This document shows, one piece after another, positions 42,601-57,500 of a stretch of 64,000 nucleotides of DNA. The stretch spans positions 124,001 through 188,000 of the forward strand of contig CAXHJY010000973.1 in assembly GCA_964016885.1 (NCBI GenBank), in the 5' to 3' direction. Origin of the DNA: Eledone cirrhosa. Taxonomy: Eukaryota. Position numbers and translations under genes: made by a program. The notes beneath the pieces were generated by a model. It made no database searches and was not told the DNA's origin. It saw only the letters and a list, made by a program, of their open reading frames with translations. Every line of letters starts with the position of its first letter. Within the stretch, counting starts at the first letter, position 1.

Positions 42601-45600
42601 GATGGTAGGACATCTTAACAGTTAAGACCAACAACACTGTGATGGAAGGACATCTTAACACTTAAGACCAACAACACAGTGATGGTAGGACATCTTAACA
42701 GTTAAGACCAACAACACAGTGATGGAAGGACATCTTAACAGTTAAGACCAACAACACTGTGATGGAAGGACATCTTAACAGTCAAGACCAACAACACAGT
42801 GATGGAAGGACATCTTAACAGTTAAGACCAACAACTCAGTGATGGAAGGACATCTTAACAGTCAAGACCAACAACACAGTGATGTTAACCATCTTAACAG
42901 TTAAGACCAACAAGACTGATGTAAGGAGATCTTAACAGTTAAGACCAACAACACAGCGATGCAAGGACATCTTAACAGTTAAGACCAACAATACAGTGAT
43001 GGTAGGACATCTTAACAGTTAAGACCAACAACACAGTGATGGAAGGACATCTCAACAGTGTAGACCAACAACGCAGTGAAGGTAGGACATCTTAACAGTT
43101 AAGACCAGCAACACTGTGATGGTAGGACATCTTAACAGTTAAGAACAACAACACTGATGGAAGGACATCTTAACAGTTAAGACCACCAACAGTGATGGTA
43201 GGACATCTTAACAGTTAAGATCAACAACACAGTGATGGTAGGATATCTTAACAGTTAAGACCAACAACACAGTGATGGAAGGACATCTTAACAATTAAGA
43301 CCAACAACAGTGATGGTAGGACATCTTAACAGTTAAGACGAACAGTGATGGTAGGACATCTTAACAGTTAAGACCAACAACAGTGATGGTAGGACATCTT
43401 AACAGTTAAGACCAACAACACAGTGATGGAAGGTCATCTTAACACTTAAGACCAACAACACAGTGATGGAAGGACATCTTAACAGTTAAGACCAACAACA
43501 CAGTGGTGGTAGGACATCTTAACAGTCAAGACGAACAGTGATGTAAGGACATCTTAACAGTTAAGACCAACAACTCAGTGGTGGTAGGATATCTTAACAG
43601 TTAAGACCAACAACACTGTGATGGAAGGACATCTTAACAGTTAAGACCAACAACAAAGTGATGCGAGGACATCTTAACAGTTAAGACGAACAGTGATGTA
43701 AGGACATCTTAACAGTTAAGACCACCAACACAGTGATGGTAGGACATCTTAACAGTTAAGATCAACAACACAGTGATGGTAGGACATCTTAACAGTTAAG
43801 ACCAACAACTCAGTGATGGTAGGACATCTTAACAGTTAAGACCAACAACACAGTGATGGTAGGACATCTTAACAGTTAAGACCAACAACTCAGTGATGGT
43901 AGGACATCTTAACAGTTAAGACCAACAACACAGTGATGGTAGGACATCTTAACAGTTACACCAACAACACAGTGATGGTAGGACATCTTAACAGTTAAGA
44001 CCAACAACACAGTGATGGTAGGACATCTTAACAGTTAAGACCAACAACTCAGTGATGGTAGGACATCTTAACAGTTAAGACCAACACAGTGACGAAGGAC
44101 ATCTTAACAGTTAGGACCAACAACACAGTGATGGAAGGACATCTTAACAGTTAATACCAACAACACAGTGATGGAAGGACATCTTAACAGTTAAGACCAA
44201 CAACACCGTGATGGAAGGACATCTTAACAGTTAAGACCAACAACACAGTGATGGAAGGACGTCTTAACAGTTAAGACCAACAACACAGTGATGGAAGGAC
44301 ATCTTAACACTTAAGACCAACAACACAGTGATGCTAGGTCATCTTAACAGTTAAGACCAACAGCACAGTGATGGAAGGTCATCTTAACAGTTAAGACCAA
44401 CAACACAGTGTTGGAAGGACATCTTAACAGTTAAGACGAACAGTGATGGTAGGACATCTTAACAGTTAAGACCAACAGCACAGTGATGGAAGGACATCTT
44501 AACAGTTAAGACTAACAACATAGTGATGGTAACCATCTTAACAGTTAAGACCAACAAGACTGACGTAAGGACATTTTAACAGTTAAGACCAACAACACTG
44601 ATGCAAGGACATCTTAACAGTTAGGACCAACAACACAGTGATGGAAGGACATCTTAACAGTTAAGACCAACAACACAATGATGGAAGGACATCTTAACAG
44701 TTAAGACCAACAACACAGTGATGGAAGGACGTCTTAACAGTTAAGACCAACAACACAGTGATGGAAGGACATCTTAAGACTTAAGACCAACAACACAGTG
44801 ATGCGAGGTCATCTTAACAGTTAAGACCAACAGCACAGTGATGGAAGGACATCTTAACAGTTAAGACCAACAATACAGTGATGGTAGGACATCTTAACAG
44901 TTAAGACCAACAACACAGTGATGGAAGGACAGGTTAACAGTAAAGACCACCAACAGTGATGGAAGGTCATCTTAACAGTTAAGACCAACAACACAGTGAT
45001 GGAAGGACATCTTAACAGTTAAGACCAACAACACAGTGATGGAAGGACGTCTTAACAGTTAAGACCAACAACACAGTGATGGAAGGACATGTTAACAGTT
45101 AAGACCAACAACACAGTGATGGAAGGACATCTTAACAGTCAAGACCAACAACACAGTGATGGAAGGACATCTTAACAGTCAAGACCAACAACACAGTGAT
45201 GGAAGGACATCTTAACAGTTAAGACCAACAACACAGTGATGGTAGGACATCTTAACAGTTAAGACCAACAACACAGTGATGGAAGGACGTCTTAACAGTT
45301 AAGACCACCAACAGTGATGGAAGGTCATCTTAACAGTTAAGACCAACAACACAGTGATGGAAGGTCATCTTAACAGTTAAGACCAACAACACAGTGATGG
45401 AAGGACATGTTAACAGTTAAGACCAACAACACAGTGATGGAAGGACATCTTAACAGTTAAGACCAACAACACAGTGATGGAAGGACATCTTAACAGTCAA
45501 GACCAACAACACAGTGATGGAAGGACATCTTAACAGTTAAGACCAACAACACAGTGATGGTAGGACATCTTAACACTTAAGACCAACAACACAGTGATGG

Positions 45601-48600
45601 AAGGACATCTTAACAGTTAAGACCAACAACACAGTGATGGAAGGACATCTTAACAGTTAAGACCAACAACACAGTGATGGAAGGACATCTTAACACTTAA
45701 GACCAACAACACAGTGATGCTAGGTCATCTTAACAGTTAAGACCAACAGCACAGTGATGGAAGGTCATCTTAACAGTTAAGACCAACAACACAGTGTTGG
45801 AAGGACATCTTAACAGTTAAGACGAACAGTGATGGTAGGACATCTTAACAGTTAAGACCAACAGCACAGTGATGGAAGGACATCTTAACAGTTAAGACTA
45901 ACAACATAGTGATGGTAACCATCTTAACAGTTAAGACCAACAAGACTGATGTAAGGACATTTTAACAGTTAAGACCAACAAGACTGATGTAAGGACATTT
46001 TAACAGTTAAGACCAACAAGACTGATGCAAGGACATCTTAACAGTTAGGACCAACAAAACAGTGATGGAAGGACATCTTAACAGTTAATACCAACAACAC
46101 AGTGATGGAAGGACATCTTAACAGTTAAGACCAACAACACAGTGGTGGTAGGATATCTTAACAGTTAAGACCAACAACACAGTGATGGTAGGACATCTTA
46201 ACAGTCAAGACCAACAACACTGTGATGGAAGGACATCTTAACAGTCAAGACCAACAACACAGTGATGGAAGGTCATCTTAACAGTTAAGACCAACAACAC
46301 AGTGGTGGTAGGATATCTTAACAGTTAAGACCAACAACACTGTGATGGAAGGACATCTTAACAGTTAAGACCAACAACAAAGTGATGCAAGGACATCTTA
46401 ACAGTTAAGACGAACAGTGATGTAAGGACATCTTAACAGTTAAGACCACCAACAGTGATGAAAGGACATCTTAACAGTGAAGACCAACAACACAGTGATG
46501 GTAGGACATTTTAACAGTTAAGACCAACAACACAGTGATGGTAGGACATCTTAACAGTTAAGATCAACAACACAGTGATGGTAGGACATCTTAACAGTTA
46601 AGACCAACAACTCAGTGATGGTAGGACATCTTAACAGTTAGGACCAACAACACAGTGATGGAAGGACATCTAAACAGTTAATACCAACAACACAGTGATG
46701 GAAGGACATCTTAACAGTTAAGACCAACAACACAGTGATGGAAGGACATCTTAACAGTTAAGACCAACAACACAGTGATGGAAGGACGTCTTAACAGTTA
46801 AGACCAACAACACGGTGATGGAAGGACATCTTAACACTTAAGACCAACAACACAGTGATGCTAGGTCATCTTAACAGTTAAGACCAACAGCACAGTGATG
46901 GAAGGTCATCTTAACAGTTAAGACCAACAACACAGTGTTGGAAGGACATCTTAACAGTTAAGACGAACAGTGATGGTAGGACATCTTAACAGTTAAGACC
47001 AACAGCACAGTGATGGAAGGTCATCTTAACAGTTAAGACCAACAACACAGTGGTGGTAGGATATCTTAACAGTTAAGACCAACAACACTGTGATGGAAGG
47101 ACATCTTAACAGTTAAGACCAACAACAAAGTGATGCAAGGACATCTTAACAGTTAAGACGAACAGTGATGTAAGGACATCTTAACAGTTAAGACCACCAA
47201 CACAGTGATGGTAGGACATCTTAACAGTTAAGATCAACAACACAGTGATGGTAGGACACCTTAACAGTTAAGACCAACAACTCAGTGATGGTAGGACATC
47301 TTAACAGTTAAGACCAACAACACAGTGATGGTAGGACATCTTAACAGTTAAGACCAACAACTCAGTGATGGTAGGACATCTTAACAGTTAAGACCAACAA
47401 CACAGTGATGGTAGGACATCTTAACAGTTAAGACCAACAACACAGTGATGGTAGGACATCTTAACAGTTAAGACCAACAACACAGTGATGGTAGGATATC
47501 TTAACAGTTAAGACCAACAACTCAGTGATGGTAGGACATCTTAACAGTTAAGACCAACACAGTGACGAAGGACATCTTAACAGTTAGGACCAACAACACA
47601 GTGATGGAAGGACATCTTAACAGTTAATACCAACAACACAGTGATGGTAGGACATCTTAACAGTCAAGACCAACAACACAGTGATTGTAGGACATCTTAA
47701 CAGTTAAGACCAACAACACAGTGATGGAAGGACATCTTAACAGTCAAGACCACAACACAGTGATGGAAGGACATCTTAACACTTAAGACCAACAACACAG
47801 TGATGGAAGGACATCTTAACAGTCAAGACCACAACACAGTGATGGAAGGACATCTTAACAGTTAAGACCAACAACACAGTGATGGAAGGACATGTTAACA
47901 GTTAAGACCAACAACACAGTGATGGAAGGACATCTTAACAGTTAAGACCAACAACACAGTGATGGAAGGACATGTTAACAGTTAAGACCAACAACACAGT
48001 GATGGAAGGACATCTTAACAGTCAAGACCAACAACACAGTGATGGTAGGACATCTTAACACTTAAGACCAACAACACAGTGATGGTAGGACATCTTAACA
48101 GTCAAGACCAACAACACAGTGATGGAAGGACATCTTAACAGTTAAGACCAACAACACAGTGATGGAAGGACATGTTAACAGTTAAGACCAACAACACAGT
48201 GATGGAAGGACATCTTAACAGTCAAGACCAACAACACAGTGATGGTAGGACATCTTAACACTTAAGACCAACAACACAGTGATGGTAGGACATCTTAACA
48301 GTTAAGACCAACAACACAATGATGGTAGGGCATCTTAACAGTTAAGACCAACAACACTGTGATGGAAGGACATCTTAACACTTAAGACCAACAACACAGT
48401 GATGGTAGGACATCTTAACAGTTAAGACCAACAACACAGTGATGGTAGGACATCTTAACAGTTAAGACCAACAACACATCTTAACAGTTAAGACCAACAA
48501 CACAGTGATGGTAGGACATCTTAACAGTTAAGACCAACAACACTGTGATGGAAGGACATCTTAACACTTAAGACCAACAACACAGTGATGGTAGGACATC

Positions 48601-51546
48601 TTAACAGTTAAGACCAACAACACAGTGATGGAAGGACATCTTAACAGTTAAGACCAACAACACTGTGATGGAAGGACATCTTAACAGTCAAGACCAACAA
48701 CACAGTGATGGAAGGACATCTTAACAGTTAAGACCAACAACTCAGTGATGGAAGGACATCTTAACAGTCAAGACCAACAACACAGTGATGTTAACCATCT
48801 TAACAGTTAAGACCAACAAGACTGATGTAAGGAGATCTTAACAGTTAAGACCAACAACACAGCGATGCAAGGACATCTTAACAGTTAAGACCAACAATAC
48901 AGTGATGGTAGGACATCTTAACAGTTAAGACCAACAACACAGTGATGGAAGGACATCTCAACAGTGTAGACCAACAACGCAGTGAAGGTAGGACATCTTA
49001 ACAGTTAAGACCAGCAACACTGTGATGGTAGGACATCTTAACAGTTAAGAACAACAACACTGATGGAAGGACATCTTAACAGTTAAGACCACCAACAGTG
49101 ATGGTAGGACATCTTAACAGTTAAGATCAACAACACAGTGATGGTAGGATATCTTAACAGTTAAGACCAACAACACAGTGATGGAAGGACATCTTAACAA
49201 TTAAGACCAACAACAGTGATGGTAGGACATCTTAACAGTTAAGACGAACAGTGATGGTAGGACATCTTAACAGTTAAGACCAACAACAGTGATGGTAGGA
49301 CATCTTAACAGTTAAGACCAACAACACAGTGATGGAAGGTCATCTTAACACTTAAGACCAACAACACAGTGATGGAAGGACATCTTAACAGTTAAGACCA
49401 ACAACACAGTGGTGGTAGGACATCTTAACAGTCAAGACGAACAGTGATGTAAGGACATCTTAACAGTTAAGACCAACAACTCAGTGGTGGTAGGATATCT
49501 TAACAGTTAAGACCAACAACACTGTGATGGAAGGACATCTTAACAGTTAAGACCAACAACAAAGTGATGCGAGGACATCTTAACAGTTAAGACGAACAGT
49601 GATGTAAGGACATCTTAACAGTTAAGACCACCAACACAGTGATGGTAGGACATCTTAACAGTTAAGATCAACAACACAGTGATGGTAGGACATCTTAACA
49701 GTTAAGACCAACAACTCAGTGATGGTAGGACATCTTAACAGTTAAGACCAACAACACAGTGATGGTAGGACATCTTAACAGTTAAGACCAACAACTCAGT
49801 GATGGTAGGACATCTTAACAGTTAAGACCAACAACACAGTGATGGTAGGACATCTTAACAGTTACACCAACAACACAGTGATGGTAGGACATCTTAACAG
49901 TTAAGACCAACAACACAGTGATGGTAGGACATCTTAACAGTTAAGACCAACAACTCAGTGATGGTAGGACATCTTAACAGTTAAGACCAACACAGTGACG
50001 AAGGACATCTTAACAGTTAGGACCAACAACACAGTGATGGAAGGACATCTTAACAGTTAATACCAACAACACAGTGATGGAAGGACATCTTAACAGTTAA
50101 GACCAACAACACCGTGATGGAAGGACATCTTAACAGTTAAGACCAACAACACAGTGATGGAAGGACGTCTTAACAGTTAAGACCAACAACACAGTGATGG
50201 AAGGACATCTTAACACTTAAGACCAACAACACAGTGATGCTAGGTCATCTTAACAGTTAAGACCAACAGCACAGTGATGGAAGGTCATCTTAACAGTTAA
50301 GACCAACAACACAGTGTTGGAAGGACATCTTAACAGTTAAGACGAACAGTGATGGTAGGACATCTTAACAGTTAAGACCAACAGCACAGTGATGGAAGGA
50401 CATCTTAACAGTTAAGACTAACAACATAGTGATGGTAACCATCTTAACAGTTAAGACCAACAAGACTGACGTAAGGACATTTTAACAGTTAAGACCAACA
50501 ACACTGATGCAAGGACATCTTAACAGTTAGGACCAACAACACAGTGATGGAAGGACATCTTAACAGTTAAGACCAACAACACAATGATGGAAGGACATCT
50601 TAACAGTTAAGACCAACAACACAGTGATGGAAGGACGTCTTAACAGTTAAGACCAACAACACAGTGATGGAAGGACATCTTAAGACTTAAGACCAACAAC
50701 ACAGTGATGCGAGGTCATCTTAACAGTTAAGACCAACAGCACTGTGATGGAAGGACATCTTAACAGTTAAGACCAACAATACAGTGATGGTAGGACATCT
50801 TAACAGTTAAGACCAACAACACAGTGATGGAAGGACAGGTTAACAGTAAAGACCACCAACAGTGATGGAAGGTCATCTTAACAGTTAAGACCAACAACAC
50901 AGTGATGGAAGGACATCTTAACAGTTAAGACCAACAACACAGTGATGGAAGGACGTCTTAACAGTTAAGACCAACAACACAGTGATGGAAGGACATGTTA
51001 ACAGTTAAGACCAACAACACAGTGATGGAAGGACATCTTAACAGTCAAGACCAACAACACAGTGATGGAAGGACATCTTAACAGTCAAGACCAACAACAC
51101 AGTGATGGAAGGACATCTTAACAGTTAAGACCAACAACACAGTGATGGTAGGACATCTTAACAGTTAAGACCAACAACACAGTGATGGAAGGACGTCTTA
51201 ACAGTTAAGACCACCAACAGTGATGGAAGGTCATCTTAACAGTTAAGACCAACAACACAGTGATGGAAGGTCATCTTAACAGTTAAGACCAACAACACAG
51301 TGATGGAAGGACATGTTAACAGTTAAGACCAACAACACAGTGATGGAAGGACATCTTAACAGTTAAGACCAACAACACAGTGATGGAAGGACATCTTAAC
51401 AGTCAAGACCAACAACACAGTGATGGAAGGACATCTTAACAGTTAAGACCAACAACACAGTGATGGTAGGACATCTTAACACTTAAGACCAACAACACAG
51501 TGATGGAAGGACATCTTAACAGTTAAGACCAACAACACAGTGATGG
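39676..51546. repeat. Near-perfect tandem duplication in array B, period 5906 bp
   Basis: Private markers recur at +5906: CACCTT 41351/47257, the 26-bp deleted unit 42571/48477, GGAGAT 42925/48831. Confidence 0.88.
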
Positions 51547-54500
51547 TAGGACATCTTAACAGTTAAGACCAGCAACACTGTGATGGTAGGACATCTTAAC
51601 AGTTAAGAACAACAACACTGATGGAAGGACATCTTAACAGTTAAGACCACCAACAGTGATGGTAGGACATCTTAACAGTTAAGATCAACAACACAGTGAT
51701 GGTAGGATATCTTAACAGTTAAGACCAACAACACAGTGATGGAAGGACATCTTAACAATTAAGACCAACAACAGTGATGGTAGGACATCTTAACAGTTAA
51801 GACGAACAGTGATGGTAGGACATCTTAACAGTTAAGACCAACAACAGTGATGGTAGGACATCTTAACAGTTAAGACCAACAACACAGTGATGGAAGGTCA
51901 TCTTAACACTTAAGACCAACAACACAGTGATGGAAGGACATCTTAACAGTTAAGACCAACAACACAGTGGTGGTAGGACATCTTAACAGTCAAGACGAAC
52001 AGTGATGTAAGGACATCTTAACAGTTAAGACCAACAACTCAGTGGTGGTAGGATATCTTAACAGTTAAGACCAACAACACTGTGATGGAAGGACATCTTA
52101 ACAGTTAAGACCAACAACAAAGTGATGCGAGGACATCTTAACAGTTAAGACGAACAGTGATGTAAGGACATCTTAACAGTTAAGACCACCAACACAGTGA
52201 TGGTAGGACATCTTAACAGTTAAGATCAACAACACAGTGATGGTAGGACATCTTAACAGTTAAGACCAACAACTCAGTGATGGTAGGACATCTTAACAGT
52301 TAAGACCAACAACACAGTGATGGTAGGACATCTTAACAGTTAAGACCAACAACTCAGTGATGGTAGGACATCTTAACAGTTAAGACCAACAACACAGTGA
52401 TGGTAGGACATCTTAACAGTTACACCAACAACACAGTGATGGTAGGATATCTTAACAGTTAAGACCAACAACACAGTGATGGTAGGACATCTTAACAGTT
52501 AAGACCAACAACTCAGTGATGGTAGGACATCTTAACAGTTAAGACCAACACAGTGACGAAGGACATCTTAACAGTTAGGACCAACAACACAGTGATGGAA
52601 GGACATCTTAACAGTTAATACCAACAACACAGTGATGGAAGGACATCTTAACAGTTAAGACCAACAACACCGTGATGGAAGGACATCTTAACAGTTAAGA
52701 CCAACAACACAGTGATGGAAGGACGTCTTAACAGTTAAGACCAACAACACAGTGATGGAAGGACATCTTAACACTTAAGACCAACAACACAGTGATGCTA
52801 GGTCATCTTAACAGTTAAGACCAACAGCACAGTGATGGAAGGTCATCTTAACAGTTAAGACCAACAACACAGTGTTGGAAGGACATCTTAACAGTTAAGA
52901 CGAACAGTGATGGTAGGACATCTTAACAGTTAAGACCAACAGCACAGTGATGGAAGGACATCTTAACAGTTAAGACTAACAACATAGTGATGGTAACCAT
53001 CTTAACAGTTAAGACCAACAAGACTGACGTAAGGACATTTTAACAGTTAAGACCAACAACACTGATGCAAGGACATCTTAACAGTTAGGACCAACAACAC
53101 AGTGATGGAAGGACATCTTAACAGTTAAGACCAACAACACAATGATGGAAGGACATCTTAACAGTTAAGACCAACAACACAGTGATGGAAGGACGTCTTA
53201 ACAGTTAAGACCAACAACACAGTGATGGAAGGACATCTTAAGACTTAAGACCAACAACACAGTGATGCGAGGTCATCTTAACAGTTAAGACCAACAGCAC
53301 AGTGATGGAAGGACATCTTAACAGTTAAGACCAACAATAGTGATGGTAGGACATCTTAACAGTTAAGACCAACAACACAGTGATGGAAGGACAGGTTAAC
53401 AGTAAAGACCACCAACAGTGATGGAAGGTCATCTTAACAGTTAAGACCAACAACACAGTGATGGAAGGACATCTTAACAGTTAAGACCAACAACACAGTG
53501 ATGGAAGGACGTCTTAACAGTTAAGACCAACAACACAGAGATGGAAGGACATGTTAACAGTTAAGACCAACAACACAGTGATGGAAGGACATCTTAACAG
53601 TCAAGACCAACAACACAGTGATGGAAGGACATCTTAACAGTCAAGACCAACAACACAGTGATGGAAGGACATCTTAACAGTTAAGACCAACAACACAGTG
53701 ATGGTAGGACATCTTAACAGTTAAGACCAACAACACAGTGATGGAAGGACGTCTTAACAGTTAAGACCACCAACAGTGATGGAAGGTCATCTTAACAGTT
53801 AAGACCAACAACACAGTGATGGAAGGTCATCTTAACAGTTAAGACCAACAACACAGTGATGGAAGGACATGTTAACAGTTAAGACCAACAACACAGTGAT
53901 GGAAGGACATCTTAACAGTTAAGACCAACAACACAGTGATGGAAGGACATCTTAACAGTCAAGACCAACAACACAGTGATGGAAGGACATCTTAACAGTT
54001 AAGACCAACAACACAGTGATGGTAGGACATCTTAACACTTAAGACCAACAACACAGTGATGGAAGGACATCTTAACAGTTAAGACCAACAACACAGTGAT
54101 GGTAGGACATCTTAACAGTTAAGACCAACAACACAGTGATGGTAGGACATCTTAACAGTTAAGACCAACAACACAGTGATGGTAGGACATCTTAACAGTC
54201 AAGACCAACAACACAGTGATGGAAGGACATCTTAACACTTAAGACCAACAACACAGTGATGGAAGGACATCTTAACACTTAAGACCAACAACACAGTGAT
54301 GGAAGGACATCTTAACAGTCAAGACCAACAACACAGTGATGGAAGGACATCTTAACAGTCAAGACCAACAACACAGTGATGGAAGGACATCTTAACAGTT
54401 AAGACCAACAACACAGTGATGGAAGGACATCTTATCAGTTAAGACCAACAACACAGTGATGGAAGGACATCTTAACAGTTAAGACCAACAACACAGTGAT

Positions 54501-57500
54501 GGAAGGACATCTTAACAGTCAAGACCAACAACACAGTGATGGAAGGACATCTTAACAGTTAAGACCAACAACACAGTGATGGAAGGACATCTTAACAGTT
54601 AAGACCAACAACACAGTGATGGAAGGACATCTTAACAGTCAAGACCAACAACACAGTGATGGAAGGACATCTTAACAGTCAAGACCAACAACACAGTGAT
54701 GGAAGGACATCTTAACAGTTAAGACCAACAACACAGTGATGGTAGGACATCTTAACAGTCATGACCAACAACAGTGATGGAAGGACATCTTAACAGTTAA
54801 GACCAACAACACAGTGATGGAAGGACATCTTAACAGTTAAGACCAACAACACAGTGATGGAAGGACATCTTAACAGTCAAGACCAACAACACAGTGATGG
54901 AAGGACATCTTAACAGTTAAGACCAACAACACAGTGATGGTAGGACATCTTAACAGTTAAGACCAACAACACAGTGATGGAAGGACATCTTAACAGTCAA
55001 GACCAACAACACAGTGATGGAAGGACATCTTAACAGTTAAGACCAACAACACAGTGATGGAAGGACATCTTAACAGTCAAGACCAACAACACAGTGATGG
55101 AAGGACATCTTAACAGTCAAGACCAACAACACAGTGATGGAAGGACATCTTAACAGTTAAGACCAACAACACAGTGATGGTAGGACATCTTAACAGTCAA
55201 GACCAACAACACAGTGATGGAAGGACATCTTAACAGTTAAGACCAACAACACAGTGATGGTAGGACATCTTAACAGTTAAGACCAACAACACAGTGATGG
55301 AAGGACATCTTAACAGTCAAGACCAACAACACAGTGATGGAAGGACATCTTAACAGTTAAGACCAACAACACAGTGATGGAAGGACATCTTAACAGTCAA
55401 GACCAACAACACAGTGATGGAAGGACATCTTAACAGTCAAGACCAACAACACAGTGATGGAAGGACATCTTAACACTTAAGACCAACAACGCAGTGAAGG
55501 TAGGCCATCTTAACAGTCAAGACCAACAACACAGTGATGGTAGGACATCTTAACAGTTAAGACCAACAACACAGCGATGCAAGGACATCTTAACAGTTAA
55601 GACCAACAATACAGTGATGGTAGGACATCTTAACAGTTAAGACCAACAACACAGTGATGGAAGGACATCTTAACAGTGTAGACCAACAACGCAGTGAAGG
55701 TAGGACATCTTAACAGTTAAGACCAGCAACACTGTGATGGTAGGACATCTTAACAGTTAAGAACAACAACACTGATGGAAGGACATCTTAACAGTTAAGA
55801 CCAACAACACAGTGATGGAAGGACATCTTAACAGTTAAGACCAACAACACAGTGATGGAAGGACATCTTAACAGTCAAGACCAACAACACAGTGATGGAA
55901 GGACATCTTAACAGTTAAGACCAAGAACACAGTGATGGAAGGACATCTTAACAGTCAAGACCAACAACACAGTGATGGAAGGACATCTTAACAGTTAAGA
56001 CCAACAACACAGTGATGGAAGGACATCTTAAGTCAAGACCAACAACACAGTGATGGTAGGACATCTTAACAGTCAAGACCAACAACACAGTGATGGTAGG
56101 ACATCTTAACAGTCAAGACCAACAACACAGTGATGGAAGGACATCTTAACAGTCAAGACCAACAACACAGTGATGGAAGGACATCTTAACAGTCAAGACC
56201 AACAACACAGTGATGGAAGGACATCTTAACAGTTAATACCAACAACACAGTGATGGAAGGACATCTTAACAGTTAAGACCAACAACACAGTGATGGAAGG
56301 ACATCTTAACAATTAAGACCAACAACACAGCGATGCAAGGACATCTTAACAGTTAAGACCAACAATAGAGTGATGGTAGGACATCTTAACAGTTAAGACC
56401 AACAACACAGTGATGGAAGGACATGTTAACAGTTAAGACCAACAACACAGTGATGGAAGGACATCTTAACAGTTAAGACCAACAACACAGTGATGGAAGG
56501 ACATCTTAACAGTCAAGACCAACAACACAGTGATGGAAGGACATCTTAACAGTTAAGACCAACAACACAGTGATGGTAGGACATCTTAACACTTAAGACC
56601 AACAACACAGTGATGGAAGGACATCTTAACAGTTAAGACCAACAACACAGTGATGGTAGGACATCTTAACAGTTAAGACCAGCAACACTGTGATGGTAGG
56701 ACATCTTAACAGTTAAGAACAACAACACTGATGGAAGGACATCTTAACAGTTAAGACCACCAACAGTGATGGTAGGACATCTTAACAGTTAAGATCAACA
56801 ACACAGTGATGGTAGGATATCTTAACAGTTAAGACCAACAACACAGTGATGGAAGGACATCTTAACAATTAAGACCAACAACAGTGATGGTAGGACATCT
56901 TAACAGTTAAGACGAACAGTGATGGTAGGACATCTTAACAGTTAAGACCAACAACAGTGATGGTAGGACATCTTAACAGTTAAGACCAACAACACAGTGA
57001 TGGAAGGTCATCTTAACACTTAAGACCAACAACACAGTGATGGAAGGACATCTTAACAGTTAAGACCAACAACACAGTGGTGGTAGGACATCTTAACAGT
57101 CAAGACGAACAGTGATGTAAGGACATCTTAACAGTTAAGACCAACAACTCAGTGGTGGTAGGATATCTTAACAGTTAAGACCAACAACACTGTGATGGAA
57201 GGACATCTTAACAGTTAAGACCAACAACAAAGTGATGCGAGGACATCTTAACAGTTAAGACGAACAGTGATGTAAGGACATCTTAACAGTTAAGACCACC
57301 AACACAGTGATGGTAGGACATCTTAACAGTTAAGATCAACAACACAGTGATGGTAGGACATCTTAACAGTTAAGACCAACAACTCAGTGATGGTAGGACA
57401 TCTTAACAGTTAAGACCAACAACACAGTGATGGTAGGACATCTTAACAGTTAAGACCAACAACTCAGTGATGGTAGGACATCTTAACAGTTAAGACCAAC

